The notes below the pieces were generated by a model. That model was not told where the DNA came from, searched no databases, and worked only from the letters and a program-made list of their open reading frames with translations. The position numbers and the translations under genes were made by a program. From positions 1,964 to 65,963 of the forward strand of contig BTVT01000023.1 of the NCBI GenBank assembly GCA_045864135.1: DNA of 64,000 bases, in the 5' to 3' direction. Of the stretch, positions 32,692-44,607 are shown one piece after another. Positions within the stretch are counted from its first letter, which is position 1; the number at the start of each line of letters is the position of its first letter. The stretch comes from Rubrivivax sp. (GTDB taxonomy: Bacteria; Pseudomonadota; Gammaproteobacteria; Burkholderiales; Burkholderiaceae_C).

Positions 32692-33956
32692 TCACGCCCC
32701 CACCTCATGCACCCGCGTGTGCGGATGCACCGCGTGCCGGATCGCCGGGTCCCAGCGCACGGCCAGCGCGAGCAGCACGCACAGGGCGCCGAAGAAGGCC
32801 GTCGTCCAGCCCGAGCCGCCGTGCTCGAGCAGCCAGCCGCAGGCGGCTGCACCGACCGGGTTGAGCAGGAAGGCGAAGAGCCGGAAGCTGCTGTTGACGC
32901 GGCCCTGCAGCGTGTCGGGGATCAGCGCGATGCGGTAGCTGAACTGCACGACGTCGTAGAGCGGGCCGAAGAGGCTGGCCAGCGCGTAGACGGCGCCAAG
33001 CGTCCACGGCCCCGGGCACAGCAGCAGCAAGGGGATGCAGAGCGCGCGCACGCCCACGCTCAGCAGGATGGCGTGGCCGAAGGACAGCTGCCGCGCGATC
33101 ACGCCGCCGAGCAGCGCGCCGACGATCGCGCCGACGCCGCCCAGCGAAAAGACGAGGCCGATCTGCGCGGCGCTTGCGCCGCGCTCCTGCGCCAGCACGA
33201 TCAGCAAGAGCGGCAGTGCGGCGTTGATGCCGTTGAGCACGCTGGTGACGAGCGCCATGTCGCGCACCACGCGCTGCTGCCACAGCCAGCGCATGCCTTC
33301 GGCGACCTCGGCACGCAGCGGCCGCGGCTGGCGCTCGCGCGACGGGGCAAACGAGGTGCGCAGCTTCCATACCGCGACGGCGCCCAGCAGATGACTCGCC
33401 GCATCGACGACGAAGGGAAAGCCGCGCCCGACCGCCTGGTAGAGCGCGCTGCCCACCGCGGGGCCGACGATCGCCGCCGCGGCGAAGCCGGCCTGGTTCT
33501 GCGCCGTGGCCTGCGGCAACTGGCGCGGCGCGACCACGCGCGGCAGGGCCGCGGTTTCGGCGATGTTGAAGAAGACGTGCAGCGCGCCCTCGACGATCGC
33601 GACGAGGTAGATGTGCGCGATCGTCAGCACGCCCATGGCCATCGCCAGCGGCACGCTGACGACCGCCACAAGCCGCGCCGCGTGGCAGACGAGCATCACG
33701 CGGCGGCGGTCCCAGCGGTCGATCAGCGCGCCCACCGGCAGGCTCAGCAGCAGGTAGGGGACCATGCGCAAGGCGGTCGCCCAGCTCGCCTGCACCGGCG
33801 AGCTGGTGAGCGCGAGGATCAGGATCGGGTAGATGATCCCCGAGGCCTGCGCGCCGACGTTGGTCGCGAGCTGCCCGCTCCACAGCAGCATGTATTCGCG
33901 CTGGCGCCACAGCGGCAGCTCGGCTGCAGGCTGCGGCCGGGCAGCGCCTGGCGTGC

Positions 33957-33960
<4 letters not shown>
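32692..33960 (-). CDS. MFS transporter (DHA3/EntS-like)
   Basis: [13 protein letters not shown] motif A, about 12 TMs; GTG start overlaps the parC stop. Confidence 0.88.
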
Positions 33961-36263
<2,303 letters not shown>

Positions 36264-36391
36264 GAAGGGGGATCAGGCCGACCCAGGCGGCTGGGCGCGG
36301 CTGCGGTGCAAAGCGGGGGATTTTGGCGCAGCGCCCGTTGGTCTCTCGTCAGCCCTGCGAACCCCGCCACCACCTTGCTGCGGGACAATCA

Positions 36392-36414
36392 CGAACCTCG
36401 CTTGCGAAGGTTCG
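36392..36414 (+). promoter_or_regulatory. Putative operator palindrome of the PIN module
   Basis: CGAACCT-cgcttgcga-AGGTTCG, directly after a GACAAT -10-like hexamer (36384-36389). Confidence 0.55.
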
Positions 36415-36430
36415 GCATTTGGAGCATTTC

Positions 36431-36679
36431 ATGAGCCAGCAGACGATCGAAGTCGAAATCGACCCTAGCGGACGAGTGCGTCCCCTGGATCCGCGTATCC
36501 CGGTCCCTGCAGGACCTGCCTTGCTGACGCCGCTGGGCACGCGAGTGTGCGAGTCCACGTCTCACACACATACATCGATGGAAGACTGGCACGACCTGGT
36601 CGGCGCCCTCGCCGGTTCGCCGAACTGGCGTGAGGATCCACAAATGATCCAGCAGCGGCTGCGCGACGACTGGCGATGA
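36431..36679 (+). CDS. Putative antitoxin of unrecognised fold
   Basis: GGAG RBS; 82 aa; ATGA overlap with the PIN gene; C-terminal DPxxIQxxLRDDW. Confidence 0.7.
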   Translation: MSQQTIEVEIDPSGRVRPLDPRIPVPAGPALLTPLGTRVCESTSHTHTSMEDWHDLVGALAGSPNWREDPQMIQQRLRDDWR

Positions 36680-37056
36680 ACGGTGGCGTTGCGCATCTGC
36701 TGGACACCAACCTCGTCATCGGCCTGCTGAAAGGCTATGCGCCTGCAGTGAGCCTGGCCGACGAATCAGGACTCGAACCGGGGCGCATCGGCGTCAGTCT
36801 CATCACGCGGATGGAATTGCTCGGCTTCCCAGACCTCGGCGAAGACGAAGAAGAAGCGGTTCGCCGCTGGCTTGGGCTCTGCCGCGTACTTCCCATCGAC
36901 GAGGCGACCGAGGCGCGTGCCATCGCCTTGCGGCGCCGTCGGCTCTTGCGTCTGCCTGATGCGATCGTCGCCGCGACGGCCTTGGTTGCAGGCGCTCGCC
37001 TGGTGACACTCGACGAGCGCCTGGCACGCGTGTTCGAAAGTGAAATCGGCGCCTGA
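36676..37056 (+). CDS. PIN-domain (VapC) toxin
   Basis: LLDTNLVI, ITRMELL, LPDAIVAATA, VTLDERL. Confidence 0.9.
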   Translation: MNGGVAHLLDTNLVIGLLKGYAPAVSLADESGLEPGRIGVSLITRMELLGFPDLGEDEEEAVRRWLGLCRVLPIDEATEARAIALRRRRLLRLPDAIVAATALVAGARLVTLDERLARVFESEIGA

Positions 37057-37082
37057 GAATTTCGCTCGAGGAGCCGCTGCAC

Positions 37083-38723
37083 TCACCCCCCCTGCCGCAG
37101 CCGAAAGCGCTGCAGCTTGCCGGTCTCGGTGCGCGGCAGCGAGTCGCGGAACTCGATGGCGCGGGGGTACTTGTAGGCGGCGATGCCCTGCTTGCAGAAG
37201 TCCTGCAGTTCCTTCACGAGTGCGGCGCTGCCCTCGTGGCCGGGCTTGAGGACGACGAAGGCCTTGGCGATCTGGCCGCGTGCTTCGTCGGGGATACCGA
37301 CGACGCCGCACTCGGCCACCGCCGGGTGCTGCAGCAGCACGCTCTCGATCTCGGGCCCGGCGATGTTGTAGCCGCCGGTGATGATCATGTCGTCGGTGCG
37401 CGCCTGGTAGACGTAGTAGCCGTCCTCGTCGACGAGGTAGGCGTCGCCGGTGAGGTTCCAGCCGTTCTGCACGTAGACCGCCTGCCGTTCGTCGGCGAGG
37501 TACTTGCAGCCGGTGGGCCCCTTGATGGCCAGGCGGCCGACCTGGCCCGGCGGCAGCGCCCGGCCCTCGTCGTCGAGGATGCAGGCGCGGTAGCCAGGCA
37601 CCGGGACGCCGGTGGCGCCCGGTTTGGAGTGCGCCTCGTCGGCGCTGATGAAGATGTGGAAGAGCTCGGTCGAGCCGATGCCGTCGATGATCTCGATGCC
37701 GGTGGCGTCCTTCCACAGCTTGCGCGTGGCCGCGGGCAGCGCCTCGCCGGCGCTCACGCACTTGCGCAGCGCGGACAGGTCCGGCCGCGGCGACAGCGTC
37801 GGCAGCGCGAGCGCGATCGCGCGGTACGAGGTGGGCGCGGTGAAGCAGACGGTGACGCGGTGGCGCTCGAGGGTGGCGGGCAGCGAATCCGGCGAGGTGC
37901 GCTCGATCAGCACCATCGATGCGCCGACCGAGAGCGGGAACATCAGCAGGCCGCCCAGGCCGAAGGTGAAGGCCAGCGGCGGGCTGCCGAAGAAGCGGTC
38001 CTCGGCGGTGGCGCGCAGCACGTGCAGCGGCCAGCAGCGGCAGCCGGCGATGACGTCGCGGTGAAAGTGCATCGTGCCCTTGGGCACGCCGGTGGTGCCC
38101 GAGGTGAAGGCCATCAGCGCCGTGTCGTCGGCGGCGGTGTCCACGCTTGCGAACGCGGGCGGCTGTGCCGCCATCTCGGCCTCGAGCGAAGCCGCGCCCT
38201 CGTCGCCGTTGAAGAGCAGCGGCACGCCCAGCTGCGGGCACTCGGCCCGCACCGCCAGCAGCGCGTCGGCGATGCGCGCATCGCACAGCGCGTGCGTGAT
38301 CTGCGCCTTGTCGATGATGGCCTTCAACTCGCGCTCGCGCAGCAGCGGCATCGAGCCGACCGCGATGCCGCCGGCCTTCATCACGGCGAGCCAGCAGGCG
38401 GCGTACATGGGCGTGTTGGCGCCGCGCAGCAGCACGCGGTTGCCGCTGACCATCCCCATGCGATGGACGAGCACGCCGGCGATGCGGCAGACGCGCGCGT
38501 GCAGCTCGGCGTAGGTCCACGAGAAGGTCTTGCCTTCGCGTTCGCCGATCAGCGCGATGCGATCGCCGTGGCCCTGCTCGATCCAGCGGTCGAGCAGCTC
38601 GGCGGCGACGTTCAGGCGCTCGGGCAACTGCAGCTCCGGCCGCTCGAAGATGAACTCGGGCAGGGCCGAGGGCGGCGGCAGGTTGTCGCGGGCAAAGGTG
38701 TCGACGTAGGCGCTCGTGGCCAT
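37083..38723 (-). CDS. Benzoate-CoA ligase family enzyme (2-aminobenzoate-CoA ligase-like)
   Basis: SAYVDTFARDNLP start, FTSGTTGVPKG, SAGEALP, DGIGSTE, PRTETGKLQRF. Confidence 0.87.
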   Translation of the reverse strand: MATSAYVDTFARDNLPPPSALPEFIFERPELQLPERLNVAAELLDRWIEQGHGDRIALIGEREGKTFSWTYAELHARVCRIAGVLVHRMGMVSGNRVLLRGANTPMYAACWLAVMKAGGIAVGSMPLLRERELKAIIDKAQITHALCDARIADALLAVRAECPQLGVPLLFNGDEGAASLEAEMAAQPPAFASVDTAADDTALMAFTSGTTGVPKGTMHFHRDVIAGCRCWPLHVLRATAEDRFFGSPPLAFTFGLGGLLMFPLSVGASMVLIERTSPDSLPATLERHRVTVCFTAPTSYRAIALALPTLSPRPDLSALRKCVSAGEALPAATRKLWKDATGIEIIDGIGSTELFHIFISADEAHSKPGATGVPVPGYRACILDDEGRALPPGQVGRLAIKGPTGCKYLADERQAVYVQNGWNLTGDAYLVDEDGYYVYQARTDDMIITGGYNIAGPEIESVLLQHPAVAECGVVGIPDEARGQIAKAFVVLKPGHEGSAALVKELQDFCKQGIAAYKYPRAIEFRDSLPRTETGKLQRFRLRQGG

Positions 38724-38842
38724 GGGTGGGTGCTCCGAAGACGGATGGGAGGGATGCTGCGATGATCCCGCCATCGCCGCGCGGCGGAACCGGGAAAAGC
38801 GCCGATGCGGGTCGAATGCCGGCCGCATGCACGAAGGATTCT

Positions 38843-38870
38843 TTGACGATATAGTTTAGAAGTCAACTAA
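38843..38870. promoter_or_regulatory. AT-rich candidate operator in the ligase/kynB divergent region
   Basis: TTGAC...GTCAA and TAGTT-N8-AACTA inverted repeats in an otherwise GC-rich stretch. Confidence 0.4.
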
Positions 38871-38943
38871 TTGAACCCTCGCCGCGAGGCGCCCCCACGA
38901 GGCCGCCCCGCGGCCATCCGCGGGAAGCGCTGCCGCGCCTGCC

Positions 38944-39576
38944 ATGCACGGAAAGCTCTGGGACATCTCACCGCCGGTGGACGCGCACTCGCCCGTCTTC
39001 CCCGGCGACACGCCTTATCGGCAGCAATGGGCCGCCACGCTCGGCCCGGGCTGCCCGGTCAACGTCAGCGCGATCACGCTGTCGCCGCACGTCGGCGCGC
39101 ATGCCGACGCGCCCCTGCATTACGCGCCGGAGGGCGAGGCCATCGGCGCGCTGCCGCTTGCGCCCTTCCTCGGGCGCTGCCGCGTCGTCCACGCCATCGG
39201 CTGCGGGCCGCTCGTGCGCTGGGAGCATCTCGCGCACGCGCTCGTCGAGCTGCCGCCGCGCGTGCTCGTGCGCACCTGTAGGCATGCCGTGCAGGACCGC
39301 TTCGACGCGCAGCTCACCGCCTTCGCCCCCGAGACCGTCGAGCGCCTCGCCGATGCCGGCGTGCAGTTGATCGGCATCGACACCGCCAGCATCGATCCCG
39401 CAGAGAGCAAGACGCTGCCAAGCCACCAGGTGATCCGCCGCCGCGGCCTGCGCGTGCTCGAGAACCTGATGCTGGACGAGATCGCCGAGGGCGACTACGA
39501 GTTGATCGCGCTGCCGCTGCGCCTGATGAGCGCCGACGCCTCGCCGGTGCGCGCGGTGCTGCGCGCCCTGCCCTGA
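38944..39576 (+). CDS. kynB: Kynurenine formamidase
   Basis: SPHVGAHADAPLH metal motif, GIDTASIDP, DASPVRAVL. Confidence 0.94.
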   Translation: MHGKLWDISPPVDAHSPVFPGDTPYRQQWAATLGPGCPVNVSAITLSPHVGAHADAPLHYAPEGEAIGALPLAPFLGRCRVVHAIGCGPLVRWEHLAHALVELPPRVLVRTCRHAVQDRFDAQLTAFAPETVERLADAGVQLIGIDTASIDPAESKTLPSHQVIRRRGLRVLENLMLDEIAEGDYELIALPLRLMSADASPVRAVLRALP

Positions 39577-39591
39577 TCCGAAGGAGAACGC

Positions 39592-40875
39592 ATGACCCTG
39601 CCCGACCGCCCCGCCGCGCTGGCGCTGGACGCCGCCGACCCGCTGGCCCCGCTGCGCGCGCAGTTCGAAATCCCCCCGGGGCTGATCTACCTCGACGGCA
39701 ACTCGCTGGGCGTGCTGCCCCGGGCGACCGCGGCACGCGTGCAGCAGGTCGTGCAGCAGGAGTGGGGCCAAGGCCTCATCGGCAGCTGGAACAGCGCGGG
39801 CTGGATGGCGCTGCCGCAGCGCGTGGGCGACAAGATCGCGCGCCTGGTCGGCGTCGGCGAGGGCGAGCTGGTGTGCGCCGACTCGACCTCGATCAACCTC
39901 TACAAGGTGCTGGCCGCGGCGCTGTCGATCGTGCAGGCCGATGCCGGCGCGGCCTCGCGCCGCGTGGTCCTCTCCGAACGAAGCAACTTCCCGACCGACC
40001 TCTACATCGCCGAGGCGATCTGCCGCGAGCGCGGCTTCACGCTCGAACTGGCCGAGGCCGACGGGATCCCGGCCCGGCTCGATGCGCGCGTGGCGGTGCT
40101 GATGCTCACGCACGTCAACTACCGCAGCGGGCGCATGCACGACATGGCCGCGCTGAGCGCTGCGGCGCACGCGGCCGGGGCCCTCGCGGTCTGGGACCTC
40201 GCGCACAGCGCCGGCGCGGTGCCGCTGGCGCTTGCGCGCGACGGCGCCGACTTCGCCATCGGCTGCGGCTACAAGTACCTCAACGGCGGCCCCGGCGCGC
40301 CGGCCTTCGTCTGGGTGCATCCGCGTCATGCCGGGCGCTTCTGGCAGCCGCTGGCGGGCTGGATGGGGCACGCCGCGCCCTTCGAGTTCACGCCCGAGTA
40401 CCGGCCGGCCGCGGGCATCGCGCGCTACCTCTGCGGCACGCCCGCGGTGCTGGCGATGGCCGCGCTCGAGTGCGGCGTCGACACCGTGCTGGCCGCCGAG
40501 CCGCTGGGCGGCATGGCCGCGCTGCGCGCCAAGTCGCTGGCGCTCACCACGCTCTTTGCCGAGCTGGTCGAAGCGCGCTGCGCCGGGCATGGCCTGTCGC
40601 TCGTCTCCCCGCGCGAGGCCGACCGCCGCGGCTCGCAGGTCTGCCTGACGCGCACCGAAGGCGGCTACGCGATCATGCAGGCGCTGATCGCGCGCGGCGT
40701 CGTCGGCGACTTCCGCGCCGGCAGCGGCGCGCTGCCCGACATCCTGCGCTTTGGCTTCACGCCGCTCTACACGCGCTTCGTCGACGTCTTCGACGCGGTC
40801 GAGCATCTGCACCAGGTGCTTCTCACCGGCGAGTGGAGGCGGCCGGAGTTCAACCGCCGCCAGGCCGTGACCTGA
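39592..40875 (+). CDS. kynU: Kynureninase
   Basis: YLDGNSLG, DSTSINLYK, WDLAHSAG, GCGYKYLNGGPG. Confidence 0.95.
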   Translation: MTLPDRPAALALDAADPLAPLRAQFEIPPGLIYLDGNSLGVLPRATAARVQQVVQQEWGQGLIGSWNSAGWMALPQRVGDKIARLVGVGEGELVCADSTSINLYKVLAAALSIVQADAGAASRRVVLSERSNFPTDLYIAEAICRERGFTLELAEADGIPARLDARVAVLMLTHVNYRSGRMHDMAALSAAAHAAGALAVWDLAHSAGAVPLALARDGADFAIGCGYKYLNGGPGAPAFVWVHPRHAGRFWQPLAGWMGHAAPFEFTPEYRPAAGIARYLCGTPAVLAMAALECGVDTVLAAEPLGGMAALRAKSLALTTLFAELVEARCAGHGLSLVSPREADRRGSQVCLTRTEGGYAIMQALIARGVVGDFRAGSGALPDILRFGFTPLYTRFVDVFDAVEHLHQVLLTGEWRRPEFNRRQAVT

Positions 40876-40932
40876 GCGCGGGCTCGATCCGCACGCGCCC
40901 TCACTCCACCACCCCTCGAAGGAGAACGCCGC

Positions 40933-41793
40933 TTGAGCCCCGCCGATCCCCATCCCGAACGCGGCGAAGACCTCGTGCGCGCCGAGCGCGCCAAGCTCGA
41001 CTTCAGCCGCGACATGGCCTATGGCGACTACCTGCGCCTCGACCAGGTGCTGAGCGCGCAGCATCCGCTGTCGCCCGCGCACGACGAGATGCTCTTCATC
41101 ATCCAGCACCAGACCAGCGAGCTGTGGATGAAGCTGATGCTGCACGAGCTGCAGGCCGCCGCGGCCAGCGTCGCCGCCGACCGCCTGCAGCCGGCCGTCA
41201 AGATGCTGGCGCGCGTGGCGCGCATCATGGAGCAGCTCGTGCACGCCTGGGACGTGCTGGCGACGATGACGCCGCCCGAGTACAGCGCGATGCGCGGCTA
41301 CCTCGGCAGCAGCAGCGGCTTCCAGAGCTGGCAGTACCGCTGCATCGAGTTCGGCCTGGGCAACAAGAACGCCGCCATGCTGAAGCCGCACGAGCACCAT
41401 CCGGCGCGGCTGGCGGCGGTGCGCGCGGCCTTCGAGGCGCCCTCGCTCTACGACGAGTCGCTGCGCCTGCTGGCGCGGCGCGGCCTGCCGGTGCCCGCGA
41501 GCCATCTCCAGCGCGACTGGACCCAGCCCTACGAGGCGAGCGACGCCGTCGCCGCCGCCTGGCTCGAGGTCTACCGCGACCCCGAGCGCCACTGGGACCT
41601 CTACCAGCTCGGCGAGGAGCTCACCGACCTGGAAGACGCCTTCCGCCTCTGGCGCTTTCGCCACGTGACGACGGTCGAGCGCATCATCGGCTTCAAGCGC
41701 GGCACCGGCGGCACCAGCGGCGTCGGCTACCTGCGCAAGATGCTCGACGTCGTGCTGTTCCCCGAGATCTGGAAGCTGCGCACGGACTTGTAG
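40933..41793 (+). CDS. kynA: Tryptophan 2,3-dioxygenase
   Basis: [35 protein letters not shown]; TTG start after AAGGAG. Confidence 0.95.
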   Translation: MSPADPHPERGEDLVRAERAKLDFSRDMAYGDYLRLDQVLSAQHPLSPAHDEMLFIIQHQTSELWMKLMLHELQAAAASVAADRLQPAVKMLARVARIMEQLVHAWDVLATMTPPEYSAMRGYLGSSSGFQSWQYRCIEFGLGNKNAAMLKPHEHHPARLAAVRAAFEAPSLYDESLRLLARRGLPVPASHLQRDWTQPYEASDAVAAAWLEVYRDPERHWDLYQLGEELTDLEDAFRLWRFRHVTTVERIIGFKRGTGGTSGVGYLRKMLDVVLFPEIWKLRTDL

Positions 41794-41812
41794 CGCGATC
41801 CCGCGCGCACGC

Positions 41813-42235
41813 TCAGACCGTCGCCGCCGCGGCCTTGACGCGTGGGTAGAAGTTGCGGTCCTCGTCGCGCATGCGCTCCCACAGGCAACGCAGCGTCTCG
41901 TTGGCCGCGGCGCGGAAGCCCGCGGCGTCGGCGCGCACGCGCTGCTCGGTGTTCCAGCGCCCGGCGAAGGCGGTGAAGGCCTCGACGATGGGGGCCATGC
42001 CGGTCTGGAAGCGCGTGCCAAGGCTGGCGAGGGCGGCGTCGCCCGAGCGCTGCAGCGCCGGGTAGAGGGCGCGGTCTTCCGCCGCCAGGTGCAGCTTGAT
42101 GATCGAGCTCATCGCGACCACTTCGCCTGCGATGGCCCTGGCGTTCTCGTCCACCCCGACGCGGCTGAGGCGGCGCAGGTTGTCGATGTGACGCAGGATC
42201 GCGAGGTGCTGCTGCTCGAACTTGTCGATGTTCAT
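41813..42235 (-). CDS. Hemerythrin-like cation-binding protein
   Basis: MNIDKFEQQH...HLAAEDRALYP...RMRDEDRNFYP. Confidence 0.8.
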   Translation of the reverse strand: MNIDKFEQQHLAILRHIDNLRRLSRVGVDENARAIAGEVVAMSSIIKLHLAAEDRALYPALQRSGDAALASLGTRFQTGMAPIVEAFTAFAGRWNTEQRVRADAAGFRAAANETLRCLWERMRDEDRNFYPRVKAAAATV

Positions 42236-42285
42236 CGGGCGACTCGGGTAGTGGTACGGCTTGGCGCCCGATGGCCTGGCGGCAT
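42232..42285 (-). CDS. Candidate 17-aa upstream ORF (MPPGHRAPSRTTTRVAR)
   Basis: Strong AAGGAGG before the ATG at 42285; its stop overlaps the hemerythrin ATG (ATGA). Confidence 0.35.
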   Translation of the reverse strand: MPPGHRAPSRTTTRVAR

Positions 42286-42310
42286 GGGCCCTCCTTCTCT
42301 CGGCGCCGTG

Positions 42311-42339
42311 AAGGGAATTCACGATAAGTGAAAACCCTT
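42311..42339. promoter_or_regulatory. Nested inverted repeat, candidate operator
   Basis: AAGGG-aa-TTCAC-gataa-GTGAA-aa-CCCTT upstream of the hemerythrin unit. Confidence 0.45.
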
Positions 42340-42409
42340 GTTCGCGGAAATGTTCACGCACCGACCTGCCGGCTGCCGCGGCGGCCGCCGGCCCGAGCCC
42401 GAGCGCAGG

Positions 42410-43546
42410 CTACTGGTAGACGACGACCCGGTCGCCGACCTTCACCTGCTCGTAGAGCCACTTGGCGACCTGGTAGTCGCGCAGCTGGCTGCAGCCGTGC
42501 GAGCCGCTTTCGTAGCCCTTGTCGGCGAAGTCCTGCGAGAAGTGGATCGCCACGTTGCCGTCGTAGAAGATGGCGTAGGGCATGGGCGTGCGCTCGCCGA
42601 AGATCTTCGAGACGGTGTCGGCGTTCATGTACCAGATGCGGAATTCGCCCTCCGGGCTCTCCCAGCCCGGCCGCGCGAAACGGGCCTCGCGCGTGAAGCG
42701 CACCGCACCGTCGACGACGTAGGACATCTTGCGCTGCTGCTTGGAGATGCAGACCACGCGCCCGCTGGCGCAGCGCGGGTCGAGCTCCTGCGACAGGCTG
42801 CTGGCCGGCGCCGCGTCGAACAGCTCGGCGTAGCGCGGGTTGCGCGTGCGGCGGATCAGCGGCGCCCAGCTGCGCTCGTCCATCACCTCGCTGGCGGGCA
42901 GGCCCAGGCGCACGCGCCAGGCGGCCACGGCCTGCTGCGTCGGCTCGTCGAATCGACCGTCGATCGCGCCCTTGTAGACGCCGACCTGCTTCAGCCGATG
43001 CTGCATCTCCTTGACGTAGCCGGGCTGGGTCGAGGCCGTGAACCAGGGGCCGACGTCGGTGTTGCTCAGTTCCGCGGCGGTGGGCGGCCTGGAGCGTGCG
43101 GCAAGCGCCTCCCAGGTCTTGCCGTCGACGATGCCGCTGGCCCGCAGGCCGGCCTCGCGCTGGAACTTGAGGACCGCCTCGCGGGTGCGCCCGTCGAAAT
43201 GGTCATCGACATCGTAGACGGCCAGGAACTTCGCCTGCCGCAACCGCACCTGCAGTTCGCGCACCAGCGGCGAGCGCATGCGCGGGCGCAAGTCCTGCGG
43301 CAGCGGCAGTAGCGCCTCGGTCGCCGTGCGGGCGGCTGCGGCAGCGGCAGCCGCAGCCGCATGAGCTGTCGTCGACGCCTCTGCCGCCCGTGCGTGGCCA
43401 CCCAGGGCGGCGACAAGCGCGCCCAGCACGAGCGCGTGCACGAGCGTCAGGGGCCGCGGCGGGGGGCGTGATCCGGATGGGGATCGGGGCTGGGATCGGA
43501 AGGGCGGTCGAAACAAGGGGCTGGGGTCGGCGGGGTTCGGACTCAT
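42410..43546 (-). CDS. L,D-transpeptidase with two peptidoglycan-binding domains
   Basis: Two AVxxFQ/W...GL..xG PG-binding-like repeats; AIH...SHGC catalytic motif; signal peptide. Confidence 0.87.
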   Translation of the reverse strand: MSPNPADPSPLFRPPFRSQPRSPSGSRPPPRPLTLVHALVLGALVAALGGHARAAEASTTAHAAAAAAAAAARTATEALLPLPQDLRPRMRSPLVRELQVRLRQAKFLAVYDVDDHFDGRTREAVLKFQREAGLRASGIVDGKTWEALAARSRPPTAAELSNTDVGPWFTASTQPGYVKEMQHRLKQVGVYKGAIDGRFDEPTQQAVAAWRVRLGLPASEVMDERSWAPLIRRTRNPRYAELFDAAPASSLSQELDPRCASGRVVCISKQQRKMSYVVDGAVRFTREARFARPGWESPEGEFRIWYMNADTVSKIFGERTPMPYAIFYDGNVAIHFSQDFADKGYESGSHGCSQLRDYQVAKWLYEQVKVGDRVVVYQ

Positions 43547-43635
43547 CGCACGAAATTATGCGTTGCGGCGGACGCGGCGCAGGCGCGCGCCGCAGCCGCG
43601 CGCTGCTGCACGCGCCAAATGTCACCGTGGGCAGC

Positions 43636-44607
43636 TCAGTCCAGCCGCAGGCCGATGGCCTTGACGAGGCTGCCGAAGCGCTCGCGCTCGTGATCCTGGT
43701 GTTCGACGAAGGCCTCGCGGCTCATCGGCGCGGCCTCGGCGCCAAGCGCACGCAGCACCTGCACCACCTCGGGCCGCGCGAGCGCCTTGTTGACCTCGTC
43801 GTGCACGCGCGCAAGCACCGCCGCCGGGGTGCCCTTGGGCGCGTAGATGCCGAACATCGTGTCGGCGTTGAAGCCCTTCAAGCCCGCCTCGTCGAGCGTG
43901 GGCACGTCCGGGAAGAGCGGCGAGCGCTTGGGGCTGCCGATGGCCAGCAGCCGGATCTTGCCCTCCTTCAGGTGCTTGAGGCCTGGACCCGGATCGAACC
44001 AGAAGTTGAGCTGCCCGTTGAGCACGTCGATCAGCGCGGGGCCCGCGCCCTTGTAGGGCACGTGCGTCGTCTTCACGCCGGCCATGCGGTCGAACATCTC
44101 GGCCGCGAGGTGCGGCGAGCTGCCCTGCCCCGGCGTGCCGTAGCTCAGCTTGCCCGGGTTGGCCTTGGCGTAGGCGATGAAGTCCTGCACCGTCTTCACC
44201 GGCAGCGCGTCGTTGACCTCCAGGTAGACCAGCACGCGCGCCACCGCGGCCACCGGCACCAGTTCCTTCTCGGGGTCGTAGCCCATTTTGGTGTAGATGA
44301 GCGGGTTGATGGTGATGGCGCCGCCGGAGCTCATGAGGAAGGTGTAGCCGTCGCCGGCCGCGCGCGCGACCTCGAGGCCGCCGATGTTGCCGCCGGCCCC
44401 GGGCTTGTTCTCGATCACCAGCGGCTGCTTCAGCGCCTCCGACAGATGCGGCCCGAGCGCACGCGCCATCGCATCGGCCGCGCCGCCGGGCGGGAAGTTG
44501 ACGACGAGGCGAATCGGCTTGGCCGGCCAGGTGTCGGCCAGCGCGCTGCCGGCGAGGGCAAGACCGGCGAGAAGGGACAGCAGCAGGCGGCGAGGCAGAC
44601 GCGTCAT
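43636..44607 (-). CDS. Bug/TctC tripartite tricarboxylate transporter substrate-binding protein
   Basis: WPAKPIRLVVNFPPGG, ENKPGAGGNIG, HVPYKGAGPA. Confidence 0.93.
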   Translation of the reverse strand: MTRLPRRLLLSLLAGLALAGSALADTWPAKPIRLVVNFPPGGAADAMARALGPHLSEALKQPLVIENKPGAGGNIGGLEVARAAGDGYTFLMSSGGAITINPLIYTKMGYDPEKELVPVAAVARVLVYLEVNDALPVKTVQDFIAYAKANPGKLSYGTPGQGSSPHLAAEMFDRMAGVKTTHVPYKGAGPALIDVLNGQLNFWFDPGPGLKHLKEGKIRLLAIGSPKRSPLFPDVPTLDEAGLKGFNADTMFGIYAPKGTPAAVLARVHDEVNKALARPEVVQVLRALGAEAAPMSREAFVEHQDHERERFGSLVKAIGLRLD

